The notes: generated from the sequence alone by a model not told the origin. A stretch of DNA of 64,000 nucleotides from Solirubrobacterales bacterium (GCA_035456265.1 DATIDP010000149.1:2719-66718); one strand, 5' to 3'. Shown: positions 27,384-36,874, counted from the first letter of the stretch. Translations and numbers: made by a program.

Positions 27384-27589
27384 GCGCGCAGGCTATTGGG
27401 CCGTTGAGCGGGGGCTTGCGGACTCTCGGGTTATGCGTGATCTGCAGGCGTTTCGACCGTCCGGCGAAATCGTCCCACCCGTTTTCCGACAGTGGTCCAA
27501 AGAATCGCCGCCGGGCCGTTCATACCGTGCTAACCGACGCAAACCGCGACCGCCCGAGGCTGCCTCGGCGGGCATGGAAAGGAACGGAA

Positions 27590-29053
27590 ATGAGTCGAAA
27601 GTTGCTCTGGGCTCTGGCCCTCGCAGGGGTTCTGGTGCTCGCGCTGCCGACCGCGGCGTTCGCCCAGGACCCGACGCTGGACGACACGATCTCATCGCTC
27701 AACACGATGTGGGTCATCGTCGCCGGCGTGCTCGTGATGTTCATGCAGGCGGGGTTCGCCCTGCTGGAAATCGGGTTCTCGCGAATGAAGAACGCGGGAG
27801 CGGGGATCGCCAAGATCCTGGTCAACTACTCGATCGCCTCCATCGCCTACTGGGCGGTTGGGTTCGCGCTCGCCTTCGGCGGCGCCGGAGCGATCGCCGG
27901 CACGCACGGGTTCTTCCTCAACGTGAGCGGGGATCCGGCTCAGGCGGCATCGCAGATTCCGCTGCTGGGCGTCGCCAACATCAGCCCGGCGGCCCTGCTG
28001 TTCTTCCAGTTCGTCTTCTGCGCCGTCTCCCTGGCGATCATCTGGGGAACGACGCTGGAGCGGATCAAGTTCGCCGCCTATGTGATCTACGCGATCATCT
28101 TCAGCGCGCTGATCTATCCGATCATCAGCCACTGGATCTTCGGTGGTGGCTGGCTGCAGGCGAACCTCGGTATGCAGGACTTCGCCGGATCGACGGTGGT
28201 CCACCTGATCGGCGCGACCGGAGCGTTCGCGGCCCTGCTGCTGCTCGGCGCGCGTCGCGGCAAGTTCGGGCCTGACGGCAGGCCGCGAGCGATCCCGGGC
28301 CATTCCATGCCGTTGGTGGGTCTCGGCATTCTGATCCTCTGGCTCGGCTGGTTCGGGTTCAACCCGGGCTCGACCCTGGGGGCCCTGGGAAACCGGTTCG
28401 CCGAGGTCGCCCTGGTGACCAACCTGGCGGCCGCCGCCGGCGTGATCACCGCGGTGGCGACGATGTACTTGATGCGAAAGACCATCGACATCGGGATGGC
28501 CGGCAACGGCGCCATCGCTGGTCTGGTCGCGATCACGGCCCCGTCCGGATACGTCGAGTTCTGGGCCGCCCCGATCATCGGCGCGATCGCGGGTGTGGTC
28601 GTGGTCCTCGGCGTCCTGACCATCGACAAGTACCTCGACGACCCGGTTGGCGCGCTCTCCGCTCACGGCCTGGCGGGCATCGTGGGCACGCTCTGCTGCG
28701 GGATCTTCACCTCCCCGCGGCTGGCGGAGCTCAACGGCGTCGGCGATCCGGGTCTCTGGTACAGCGGCAGCTTCCACCAGCTGGGCATTCAGGCGCTGGG
28801 GATCGCGGTCGCGTTCGTCTCGGTGTTCGTGGTCTCATACGCGGTGTTCTTCGCGATCAAGCACACGATCGGTCTCCGCGTCACGCCCGAGGAAGAGGAC
28901 GCCGGGCTCGACATCTCCGAGCACGGCATGTACGGCTACCCCGAGCAGTTCATCCCGCAACCCGAGTACCCGGGTGCGGCGAGCGGGCCTCTGCCCGTTG
29001 GCCAGCCCGCTCTCGGCACCACGGCGATGACCGCGGACGCCAACGCCAAGTGA
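27590..29053 (+). CDS. amt: ammonium transporter
   Basis: Signal peptide, then Amt motifs (AGVLVMFMQAGFALLE, VVHLIGATGAFAALLLLGAR, SAHGLAGIVGTL). ATG 27590 is preceded by ggaaaggaacgga. The upstream part of track ORF 27365..29053 was not used. Confidence 0.9.
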   Translation: MSRKLLWALALAGVLVLALPTAAFAQDPTLDDTISSLNTMWVIVAGVLVMFMQAGFALLEIGFSRMKNAGAGIAKILVNYSIASIAYWAVGFALAFGGAGAIAGTHGFFLNVSGDPAQAASQIPLLGVANISPAALLFFQFVFCAVSLAIIWGTTLERIKFAAYVIYAIIFSALIYPIISHWIFGGGWLQANLGMQDFAGSTVVHLIGATGAFAALLLLGARRGKFGPDGRPRAIPGHSMPLVGLGILILWLGWFGFNPGSTLGALGNRFAEVALVTNLAAAAGVITAVATMYLMRKTIDIGMAGNGAIAGLVAITAPSGYVEFWAAPIIGAIAGVVVVLGVLTIDKYLDDPVGALSAHGLAGIVGTLCCGIFTSPRLAELNGVGDPGLWYSGSFHQLGIQALGIAVAFVSVFVVSYAVFFAIKHTIGLRVTPEEEDAGLDISEHGMYGYPEQFIPQPEYPGAASGPLPVGQPALGTTAMTADANAK

Positions 29054-29063
29054 GGAGGTGAAC

Positions 29064-29432
29064 ATGAAGAAGATCGAAGCATTCATCCGCCACGAGGCGT
29101 TCGAGCCGATCCGGACCGAGCTGCTCGACAAGGGATTCCCCTCCCTGTCGATCGGCGAGGTGAAGGGGTCCGGGCGCCAGAAGGGTGTCGTCGAGACCTA
29201 TCGCGGCTCGAGTCTGACCGTCAACGTGCGACCGAAGCTCAAGGTGGAGGTCGTGGTTGAGGACAAGGACAAGGGCCTGGTCGTCGAGACGATCCTCAAG
29301 CACGCCCGGACGGGCGACGTCGGGGACGGGAAGATCTTCGTCCTGCCGGTGGAGGAGGCGATACGCATCCGCACCGGCGAGGAGGGAGAGGAGGTGCTGC
29401 AAGCGCACCAGGAAGAGGAAATTCCCGCCTGA
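29064..29432 (+). CDS. glnK: P-II nitrogen regulatory protein
   Basis: MKKIEAFIRHEAFEPIRTEL..., T-loop GSGRQKGVVETYRGS. GAGGAGG lies 6 nt upstream of ATG 29064. Immediately downstream of amt. Confidence 0.9.
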   Translation: MKKIEAFIRHEAFEPIRTELLDKGFPSLSIGEVKGSGRQKGVVETYRGSSLTVNVRPKLKVEVVVEDKDKGLVVETILKHARTGDVGDGKIFVLPVEEAIRIRTGEEGEEVLQAHQEEEIPA

Positions 29433-29449
29433 CGCGGGCTGTCTGGAGT

Positions 29450-29482
29450 CACGAGGGCCGGGCCACGCGCCCGGCCCTCGTG
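29450..29482 (+). terminator. stem-loop after glnK (14-bp perfect stem, 5-nt loop)
   Basis: cacgagggccgggc-cacgc-gcccggccctcgtg, 18 nt after the glnK stop. No U-tract. Confidence 0.6.
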
Positions 29483-29554
29483 CGTTCCGGGGGGCCGATT
29501 CGCCTGAACGCCGGCTGGCTCGGCGGGGTGCGACGGTCAATACCCTTCCCTGCA

Positions 29555-30475
29555 ATGAGAATCGACGAGATCCTCGCCTCATCGCGGCCGGTCTTCTCGG
29601 TCGAGTTCTTCCCCCCCAAGACGGAGGAGGGCCGCGCGACGCTGTTCGAGACGGTCGACGTGCTGCGCGAGCTCGGCCCGAGCTTCTTCTCGGTCACCTA
29701 CGGGGCGGGCGGAGCGACGCGCGAGGGAACCGTCGACATCACCCGCGAGATCCGCGACGAACACGGTGTGGAGGCCATGGCCCATCTGAGCTGCGTGGGC
29801 GAGACCCGGGAAAGCCTGCGTGAGATCGTCGACCGGATCGCCGCGGCCGGAATCGAGAACATCCTGGCGCTGCGCGGGGACCCTCCTCGCGGCCAGGCCG
29901 ACTTCGAGCAGCCCGAGGGAGGACTCGGCAGCGCGGCCGACCTCACGGCCCTGATCAGCGAGACGCATCCCGAGCTCGCCATCGGGGGCGCCTGCTTCCC
30001 GGAGGTGCACCCGGAAGCGGACAACATGCAGGCGGACATCGCCTACCTGAAGACCAAGGTGGACAACGGCGCCAGCTTCCTGATCACTCAGCTCTTCTAC
30101 GACAACCGCTCGTACTTCGACTTCGTGCCGGCGGCGCGCGCGGCCGGCATCGAGGTGCCGATCATCCCGGGCGTCATGCCGATGACCCGCTACAGGCAGA
30201 TCGCGCGGATCGCGGAGCTCTGCGAGGCGAGGATTCCGGACCCGCTCTCGGATGCCATGGAGGCCGCCGACGGGAATGAGCAGGCCGAGTTCGGGATCGG
30301 AGTCGCCTATGCGGCCCAGCAGTGCGCCGAGCTGCTCCGGGAGGGTGCACCGGGAATCCACTTCTACGCGCTCAATCGCTGGCCGGCCACGCGGGCGATC
30401 CTCGCGGCGCTGAAGGCCGCCAAACCCTGGGAGACGGGCCCTTTTGAGGAGCCGGCGGCGGTTCGGGCGACCTGA
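29555..30475 (+). CDS. metF: methylenetetrahydrofolate reductase
   Basis: FSVEFFPPKT, SVTYGAGG, ENILALRGDPP and FLITQLFYD motifs. Starts at ATG 29555 (MRIDEILASS). Confidence 0.85.
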   Translation: MRIDEILASSRPVFSVEFFPPKTEEGRATLFETVDVLRELGPSFFSVTYGAGGATREGTVDITREIRDEHGVEAMAHLSCVGETRESLREIVDRIAAAGIENILALRGDPPRGQADFEQPEGGLGSAADLTALISETHPELAIGGACFPEVHPEADNMQADIAYLKTKVDNGASFLITQLFYDNRSYFDFVPAARAAGIEVPIIPGVMPMTRYRQIARIAELCEARIPDPLSDAMEAADGNEQAEFGIGVAYAAQQCAELLREGAPGIHFYALNRWPATRAILAALKAAKPWETGPFEEPAAVRAT

Positions 30476-30499
30476 GCTCCGCCTAGACTCGTCCTTCAG

Positions 30500-31327
30500 A
30501 TGCCCGAGTTCGACTACAACGGGTTCCGAATCTCCTACGACGAGTACGGCATCGGCGAGCGCCCGCTGATCCTCATTCACGGCCTGCTGATGAACCGCCG
30601 GATGTTCGACCGCCTGGGCCCCGTCATGGCAGAGCGCGGCAACCGCGTGATCACCGTCGATCTGCTCGGCCACGGCCGCTCGGACCGCCCGGCGGACATG
30701 TCCCAGTACTCGATGACCTTCTTCGCGCGCCAGGTGGAGGCGCTGCTCGACCACCTCGACCTCGACAACGCGGTGATCGGCGGGACCTCTCTCGGCGCCA
30801 ACGTCACGCTCGAACTCGCCTATCTGGGGCCGCAGAGGGTGAAGGCGATGATGGTCGAGATGCCCGTCCTCGACAACGCGCTGCTCGCGGCGGCCGTGAT
30901 CTTCACGCCGATGATGATCACGCTGCGCTTCGGCGAGCCGATCCTGAAGCTGGTCGCCGCGGGCGCCAGAAGGATCCCGCGAAGCAACCCGCTGCTCGAC
31001 ATGGGGCTCGACTGGATCAGGCAGGACCCGGCTCCCTCGGAGGCCGTGCTCGAGGGCCTCTTCCTGGGGTCCTCCGCGCCCCACCGCCAGTTCCGCCTCC
31101 AGATGGAGCAGCCCGCTCTGGTGATCGGCCATCGTGCCGATCCGCTCCACCCGTTCTCCGACGCGGGCATGCTCGCCGAGGAGCTGTCCAACGCCCGGCT
31201 GATCGAGGCGAACTCGATCCTCGAATGGCGACTCACCCCGAAACGGCTCGACGCGGAGCTCGCGCGCTTCCTGGACGACGTCTGGCAGGAGCGGCCCGTG
31301 GGCGAGCCCGTCCTAACCGAAGCTTGA
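30500..31327 (+). CDS. alpha/beta-fold hydrolase
   Basis: LILIHGLLMN, DLLGHGRSDRP and GGTSLGANV nucleophile elbow. Confidence 0.8.
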   Translation: MPEFDYNGFRISYDEYGIGERPLILIHGLLMNRRMFDRLGPVMAERGNRVITVDLLGHGRSDRPADMSQYSMTFFARQVEALLDHLDLDNAVIGGTSLGANVTLELAYLGPQRVKAMMVEMPVLDNALLAAAVIFTPMMITLRFGEPILKLVAAGARRIPRSNPLLDMGLDWIRQDPAPSEAVLEGLFLGSSAPHRQFRLQMEQPALVIGHRADPLHPFSDAGMLAEELSNARLIEANSILEWRLTPKRLDAELARFLDDVWQERPVGEPVLTEA

Positions 31328-31356
31328 ATCCCACCCGCTAGCCTCTCCGCTCCCTG

Positions 31357-32130
31357 ATGGCCAGTCGCAAGGAAGAGAAGGAGCGCCTGCGCGCGCAGCG
31401 GCTCGCCGCCGAGCGGGCCGCCGCCTCGACGGGTCAGCGGCGCCTGATCCTCGGCTACATCGCCGCCGGGTTGCTCGCGCTCGCGGTGATCGCCGGGCTG
31501 GTGGTCGTGATCGTCAGCGGAGGGGGCAGCAGCGCCGAAGCGAGCACTTGCGACAGCGCCCACATCAAGAACTCCGGCGGCACCTTCCGGGACCTCGAGC
31601 CCGACTGTCGCGAGGGAACCCCACCGCCTCCGATCCAGGTCGCCGATCTCCAGATCTCAGCCCAGAAGGCCGGCTGCCAGCTTCGACTGAACCTCGCGAA
31701 CGAGGGCAACACGCACGTGCCGAACTCGACGCCCGTGGAGTACAAGACCGTGCCCCCGACGTCGGGCAACCACAACCCGGTCCCGATCGACGACGGCGCC
31801 TACATCACCCCGATCACGAACGACACCAGCAAGCCGACCAACATCCGCAACGAGGTACACGCGATGGAGCACGGGCGGATCGAGATCCACTACAAGCCGA
31901 GCCTTCCCGAGGCCCAACAGCTCGCGCTGAAGGGCGTGTTCGATGCCGATCCGAACGGGATGCTGCTCTATCCCGACCCGAACATGCCCTACGACGTGGC
32001 GGTCACCGCCTGGACCAACATGGCGGTGTGCCCGCACTACAACGAGGCCGTTCTCGACGTGATCCGGAACTTCCGCGACACCTACCGTGGCAACGGTCCC
32101 GAGCAGGGCATCCCGATCGATCTGCCATAA
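31357..32130 (+). CDS. DUF3105-family membrane-anchored protein
   Basis: N-terminal TM. PPTSGNHNPVP...HAMEHGRIEIHY...AVTAWT pattern typical of DUF3105. Confidence 0.65.
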   Translation: MASRKEEKERLRAQRLAAERAAASTGQRRLILGYIAAGLLALAVIAGLVVVIVSGGGSSAEASTCDSAHIKNSGGTFRDLEPDCREGTPPPPIQVADLQISAQKAGCQLRLNLANEGNTHVPNSTPVEYKTVPPTSGNHNPVPIDDGAYITPITNDTSKPTNIRNEVHAMEHGRIEIHYKPSLPEAQQLALKGVFDADPNGMLLYPDPNMPYDVAVTAWTNMAVCPHYNEAVLDVIRNFRDTYRGNGPEQGIPIDLP

Positions 32131-32133
32131 GCG

Positions 32134-32171
32134 GCTGCCAGGCCGCCCCACCTTGAGCGAGGGGCGGCAGC
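32134..32171 (+). terminator. possible stem-loop after the DUF3105 gene
   Basis: ccgcccc / ggggcgg 7-bp stem (32143-32149 with 32161-32167), 11-nt loop, plus a bulged 4-bp extension. Weak. Confidence 0.25.
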
Positions 32172-32243
32172 CCCGAGCGGTTGTGTTGGGCAGGCGCTTG
32201 CAGCCGCGATCTGATGGCGAAGCCGATGTGTTCCAATCGTCGG

Positions 32244-33482
32244 ATGCGCAAGAAGGTCCTGGTTGGGGTGTCCGTTGCGCTCTCCGGCGGCTTCGCCTGG
32301 GTGGCCGCGCCCGCGCTCTCGCTGCACCCGTACGAGCCGGGCGGTGTGGACTTCGAGCAGGGCATCCCGAAGGCGAAGCGGATCTCGGCCCGGGCCGTAG
32401 CGGCAGCCCGCGCCGCGCATCCGCATCATCAGGCGCCCCGCTGGATCTCGCCCCCCATCGAGGCCCCCCATCCCTTCGACCTAGTGGGCGTGGCCCGCGA
32501 GATGCGCACGGTGCAGATCCGCGTCCGCAACGACGCGGGCAGGTGGACGAATTGGGTCGATCAGGATGACGGCACGCCGATCTACACGGGAGGGTCCGAT
32601 CAGGCTCAGGTCCGGGCGGCATTCAGGCCGCGCGGCCGCCTGCATTTCGTCAACGTCTCGGGAACCGCGGGAGGCTTCGCCGGCAACCTCCTGAATTCGG
32701 CGCGCAGGGCGATCAACACCGCCTTCATCTCCGTCGCCTCGACACCCGTCGCCCAGGCGCTGGCGCCGAAGCCGGAGATCGTCAGCCGGGCGGGCTGGGG
32801 GGCCGACCTTGCCAGCGGGGGCTGCCCAGCGCGCGGGCCGGCCGAGTACGGGACGGTTCAGGCGGCCGTGATCCACCACACGGTGAACGCCAACGACTAC
32901 ACGCCCGAGGAGGCGCCCTCGATCGTCCTCGGGATCTGCCGGTTCCACGTCTACGGCAACGGCTGGAACGACATCGGCTACAACGCGCTCGTCGACCGCT
33001 ACGGCACGCTCTACGAGGGCCGCGCCGGGGGCCTGAAGCGCCCGGTGGTGGGTGCGCAGGCTCAGGGCTTCAACTCCGAGACCACCTCCATCGCCTCGAT
33101 CGGCGATCACACCACCGAGACTCCCACTCCCGAGGCCCAGCGCTCGATCGTCCGGTTCCTGGCCTGGAAGATGGCCGTCAACCGCGCCTTTCCGGTGACG
33201 GGCACGGTCGCGCTCACCTCCGGCGGCGGCTCCGAGAGCCGCTACCCGAAGGGCACCGTAGTCACGGTCTCCCGCGTCCTCGGACACACCACTCTCGGCC
33301 TGACGGCCTGCCCGGGCGGGGCGATGATCCCCCTGATCCCGCAGATCCAGGCGGCCGTGCAGAAGCGGGTCAAGCGCTTCGCAAAGGCCCGGTGCCGAAA
33401 GGGCAAGGGCCGAGGCGGGAAGCGCTCCTGCAAGCGGCGCAAGCGTGCGCCCGGGGGCCCGAGCGGCGGGACGGGCGCGTGA
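32244..33482 (+). CDS. N-acetylmuramoyl-L-alanine amidase (PGRP / Amidase_2 domain), secreted
   Basis: VIHHTVNANDYTPEE...CRFHVYGNGWNDIGYNALVDRYGTLYEGRAGG. Start chosen at ATG 32244, which gives a signal peptide; the track ORF begins at TTG 32181. Lys/Arg/Gly-rich C-terminal tail. Confidence 0.8.
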   Translation: MRKKVLVGVSVALSGGFAWVAAPALSLHPYEPGGVDFEQGIPKAKRISARAVAAARAAHPHHQAPRWISPPIEAPHPFDLVGVAREMRTVQIRVRNDAGRWTNWVDQDDGTPIYTGGSDQAQVRAAFRPRGRLHFVNVSGTAGGFAGNLLNSARRAINTAFISVASTPVAQALAPKPEIVSRAGWGADLASGGCPARGPAEYGTVQAAVIHHTVNANDYTPEEAPSIVLGICRFHVYGNGWNDIGYNALVDRYGTLYEGRAGGLKRPVVGAQAQGFNSETTSIASIGDHTTETPTPEAQRSIVRFLAWKMAVNRAFPVTGTVALTSGGGSESRYPKGTVVTVSRVLGHTTLGLTACPGGAMIPLIPQIQAAVQKRVKRFAKARCRKGKGRGGKRSCKRRKRAPGGPSGGTGA

Positions 33483-33489
33483 GGAGTCC

Positions 33490-34410
33490 TCAGGCTCGGT
33501 AGTCGGGGAAGAAGCCTTCCGGCGACTCGCCGGCGGCCGCCGAGAGCTCCTCGTAGGCGTCGCGGTCGCAGGTCACCTCGTGCGTGTGCCAGGGCGCCTC
33601 GGCGTTGGCGAAGCCCCGCTTGAAGTCGTCGAGCGAGTCCCCCGTCGTCACGCCGCCTCCGAGGTTGACCGGCAGGCCGAGCCCGCTCCCGTGGGCGATC
33701 ATCGCCCGGAAGAGGTTCTTCATCGGCGAGTCCCCCAAGGCCTCGTCCGCGGTCCCTCCGAGGTAGTAATGCAGGTAGCCGTCGCTGGCGCCGGCGATGG
33801 CGCCGGCGAGGGCCACCCCCTCCCGCTCGGCGAGAATCAGCCAGCTCCGCTCGCTCAAGAGCAGGCGCGCCAGGTAGCTGGTCGGGTAGAGGTAGCGCTG
33901 CGCCGCCCCCGTGCGAGCCATCGTCTCGGCGTAGGCCCGCTCGAAGCCGCGGAGCTGGCCCATCTCCACCTCGCGGCCGGGAACGACCCGCGTCTCCCAG
34001 CCGCGCCGCTCGTTGCGGCGGGTCTGCTCGCGCAGGCGCTTGCGGACGCCGCTCTCGCCGTCGGCGACGTGGACGCGCGACCGCACCGTCCCGCCGGCGA
34101 AGCAGGGCCGATCGCCGATTCGGTCCCGAACGAAGATGCTGACCAGGCCGGTCTCTGACCAGTCGATCGAGGCCGGATCCGGCGGATCCTCCGAGGAGTG
34201 GTCCGCGCCGGGGTAGCCGTAGGGAGAGATCGCGTCGATCCTCTCGGTGCCGTCGATCGGGCGAACGATCACCGGCAGGTGGAGCTCTGCCTCCCCTTCG
34301 ATCGCGAGCGTGTGCGTCACCGCCTCCGCCTCGAGGAATGGTCCGGAGCGGAAGAACTGCTCGGCGTCCGAGGCGGCCGCGCCCTCGTCCTCGATCAGCC
34401 GCGCCTTCAC
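33490..34410 (-). CDS. FemAB-like / BioF2-like GNAT-fold acyltransferase
   Basis: FERAYAETMARTGA...YLHYYLGG...NLFRAMIAH...DDFKRGFAN pattern of Acetyltransf_6/FemAB-type proteins. GTG start. Confidence 0.55.
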   Translation of the reverse strand: MKARLIEDEGAAASDAEQFFRSGPFLEAEAVTHTLAIEGEAELHLPVIVRPIDGTERIDAISPYGYPGADHSSEDPPDPASIDWSETGLVSIFVRDRIGDRPCFAGGTVRSRVHVADGESGVRKRLREQTRRNERRGWETRVVPGREVEMGQLRGFERAYAETMARTGAAQRYLYPTSYLARLLLSERSWLILAEREGVALAGAIAGASDGYLHYYLGGTADEALGDSPMKNLFRAMIAHGSGLGLPVNLGGGVTTGDSLDDFKRGFANAEAPWHTHEVTCDRDAYEELSAAAGESPEGFFPDYRA

Positions 34411-34414
34411 CCGG

Positions 34415-34960
34415 TCACTCTTCGGGCGGCTCGGGCAGGTCCCCCCGGAAGCCGCCCCAGAGCTCGACGTCGATCAGCTCACCGTCGTGGCGCACGTGCC
34501 GGCGCAGCACCCCCTCCTGTTTCCAGCCGTTGTAGATCACGGCCTTCTTCGCGGCCTCGTTGGTGGCCGGGATCCGCCCGTAGACCTTGTGAGCGCCGAA
34601 CTCCTCGAACGCCTTCAGGTTGGTGAGCCGCTCGGCCTCGCGGCCGACCCCCTTGCCGCGAACACGGTCGTCCCCCATGATCGCCCCCAGCTCCGGGGCG
34701 GTCTGGCGATGCAGTCCGTAGAGCGCCGTGTATCCGACCGGTCCCTCGATCCCCTCGACCTCGACCGCCCACTTCCGGTCCTCCGAGTCGGGGTCCTTCG
34801 CCTGCTCGATCGCCCGGTCGACCCAGCGGCGCGCGTCCTCCTCCGTGAACTCCTCGCGGCGCTCCAGCAGGTTGGCGGTGGCGGCGGGCGAGTTGAACCA
34901 GCGGTGGACCGCCTCCGCGTCCTCGGGCCGGAAGTCCCGCAGGGAGATCCCGCGCGCCAT
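34415..34960 (-). CDS. GNAT family N-acetyltransferase (RimJ/RimL-like)
   Basis: LRDFRPEDAEAVHRW..., VRGKGVGREA (acetyl-CoA loop), NEAAKKAVIYNGWKQEGVLR. The ATG shares base 34960 with the upstream stop (TGATG). Confidence 0.8.
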   Translation of the reverse strand: MARGISLRDFRPEDAEAVHRWFNSPAATANLLERREEFTEEDARRWVDRAIEQAKDPDSEDRKWAVEVEGIEGPVGYTALYGLHRQTAPELGAIMGDDRVRGKGVGREAERLTNLKAFEEFGAHKVYGRIPATNEAAKKAVIYNGWKQEGVLRRHVRHDGELIDVELWGGFRGDLPEPPEE

Positions 34961-35715
34961 CAGCGCTCGCTCGCTCGCTCGCTCGCTCGCTCGCGCTCAG
35001 CGGCCTGCCGTAGTGGGGAGTCGGGCGACGAGCCGGCGTAGGGATCAGGCGCAATGTTCCCGGCGCCCCCGAGGAGCGCGGCGGGCGTCTTGGCCAGGAT
35101 CTTCAGGTCGAGCGAGAGGGAGCGGTGCTCGACGTACCAGACGTCGAGCTCGATCCGCTCCTCCCAGGGGATCCCGGCACGGCCGTGGATCTGGGCCCAG
35201 CCGGTCACCCCGGGCCGCAGGTCAAGGCGCCGCAGCTGGCGCGGCGTATACAGCTCGACCTGAGCCGGGAGGGTGGCCCGCGGGCCCACGATCCGCATCT
35301 CCCCTCGCAGCACGTTGATCAGGTTGGGGAGCTCGTCGAGCGAGTAGCGGCGCAGGAAGGTGCCGACCCGCGTTACGCGGGGATCATCCGTCGTGACAGC
35401 GGTGCCCACGCCCACCGGATCGGCTCCCTGGCGCATGGTGCGGAGCTTGTAGAGCTCGAAGATCAGGCCGTCCTTGCCCACGCGGCGCTGGCGGTAGAGC
35501 ACGGGGCCGCGAGACTCGAGCTTGATCGCAATCGCCGCCGCGAGCAGCAGCGGTGAGACCAGGAGGAGCCCTAAAGCGGCGATGCCCAGGTCCGCCGCCC
35601 TCGGCAGGCCCTTGCGAGGCCGGACCGGCGGCTCCGGGACGTTCAGGCGCTGCTGGGCGGCGCTCGGGATCCTGCCGTCGCGCTCACTCACCGCGTTCCC
35701 TCCACCTTCTCCCAT
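34960..35715 (-). CDS. undecaprenyl-phosphate sugar-1-phosphate transferase (small monotopic bacterial sugar transferase)
   Basis: LLVSPLLLAAAIAIKLESRGPVLYRQRRVG, KLRTM, DELPNLINVLRGEMRIVGPRA. Starts at ATG 35715, or at GTG 35691 (GTGA overlap with the upstream stop). The rest of track ORF 34960..36048 is a shadow. Confidence 0.85.
   Translation of the reverse strand: MGEGGGNAVSERDGRIPSAAQQRLNVPEPPVRPRKGLPRAADLGIAALGLLLVSPLLLAAAIAIKLESRGPVLYRQRRVGKDGLIFELYKLRTMRQGADPVGVGTAVTTDDPRVTRVGTFLRRYSLDELPNLINVLRGEMRIVGPRATLPAQVELYTPRQLRRLDLRPGVTGWAQIHGRAGIPWEERIELDVWYVEHRSLSLDLKILAKTPAALLGGAGNIAPDPYAGSSPDSPLRQAAERERASERASER
34964..34994. repeat. tetranucleotide microsatellite (CGCT)7 + CGC
   Basis: Perfect 31-nt tract. 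On the minus strand it encodes the ...ERASERASER tail of the sugar transferase and ends 3 nt before the TGATG junction. Confidence 0.95.
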
Positions 35716-36848
35716 CCGATGGGAACGGCGCCGGCGCGGATCCGGTCCCAGAGCCCGACTGCGATCGAGGCGGTCACGGTCACGTAGTAGTAGGCGATCC
35801 GGAGTGGCAGGACGGGGACGAATCGCCCGAGGGCCGCGGCGGCCAGCAGGCCGACCTGCAGAGCCATCGTCACGACGTAGACCCAGCCGTGCGAGAGCAG
35901 CGGGATGTTGACCGCAAGCGCGATCAGGTGAAGCCAGGGGGTCAGGTAGCGCAACAGGCGGTGCGAATAGATCTCGAGCGCGTAGGCGGGCCCGTAGCCC
36001 CGGGGATCGAGCATGCCCCATTTGAGCATCACGTCCCAGAGCCCCCACATCATGCGGCGCTTGCGTCGGAACTCCCCCTCGACGGTCGGCGCCATCTTCT
36101 CCTCAGCGACCGCCGCCGGCTCGTAGACCGCCCGCCAGCCGCGCTTCGTGAGCTCGAACGGAAAGCCGATGTCCTGGCCGCGGCTCGGGTCCAGCTCGAT
36201 GTAGGCCTCGCGGCGAACCGCGTAGATCCCTCCGTTTCCCGCGGTGATCCCGGCCAGCCGCGTCTCCATCGCGCGCACCGTCATCTCGTACCGCCAGTAC
36301 AGGCCCTCCTGGTTGCCGCCCTCGCCACCCTCGAAGCGAACCTGGCCGCAGGCGTATCCAACGCGCTCGTCGGCGAAGCGAGCGGTAAGGCGGCGGAGGG
36401 CGTCCGGGCGCCAGCGGCTGTTGGCGTCGGAGAAGGCGAGGACCTCGCCCGTCGCGGTTCGGACGGCCGCGTTGAGCGAGGAGACCTTGCCGCCGCGGGG
36501 GAGGTCCAGCACCCGGTTAGCCCCCGCCGAATCGGCCAGCTCGACGGTCCGGTCGGACGAACCGTCCGAGGCGACGATCACCTCGAGCCGCTCCGCCGGG
36601 TAGTCCAGGGCGCGCGCGTTGGCGACCTTGCGCTCGATGACCTGCTCCTCGTCGTGCGCCGGGATGATCAGGCTGACCCGGGGGAGAAGGTCGCCCGGCT
36701 TCGCCATCTCACGCGTCGCGCTGGCGCGCGCCCTCGCATCATCGCGTTCACCGAACAGCGCGACCAGGAGACGAAGCAGGAGCGGGTAGCCAAGATGCGC
36801 GTAGAGGATCAGCCCGACGGCCACCCAGAAGACGATTTCGAGCGCCAT
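35688..36848 (-). CDS. membrane glycosyltransferase family 2
   Basis: VSLIIPAHDEEQVIERKV...VASDGSSDRT...FSDANS, with N- and C-terminal TM helices. Confidence 0.85.
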   Translation of the reverse strand: MALEIVFWVAVGLILYAHLGYPLLLRLLVALFGERDDARARASATREMAKPGDLLPRVSLIIPAHDEEQVIERKVANARALDYPAERLEVIVASDGSSDRTVELADSAGANRVLDLPRGGKVSSLNAAVRTATGEVLAFSDANSRWRPDALRRLTARFADERVGYACGQVRFEGGEGGNQEGLYWRYEMTVRAMETRLAGITAGNGGIYAVRREAYIELDPSRGQDIGFPFELTKRGWRAVYEPAAVAEEKMAPTVEGEFRRKRRMMWGLWDVMLKWGMLDPRGYGPAYALEIYSHRLLRYLTPWLHLIALAVNIPLLSHGWVYVVTMALQVGLLAAAALGRFVPVLPLRIAYYYVTVTASIAVGLWDRIRAGAVPIGWEKVEGTR

Positions 36849-36874
36849 GGCGGAGGATTATCGGCGGACCGCCG

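Noticed and set aside
29483-29554. Possible SAM/folate-type riboswitch in the 72-nt gap upstream of metF.
   Set aside because: The gap is too short and I could not identify any conserved riboswitch core motif. It cannot be supported without a covariance-model search.
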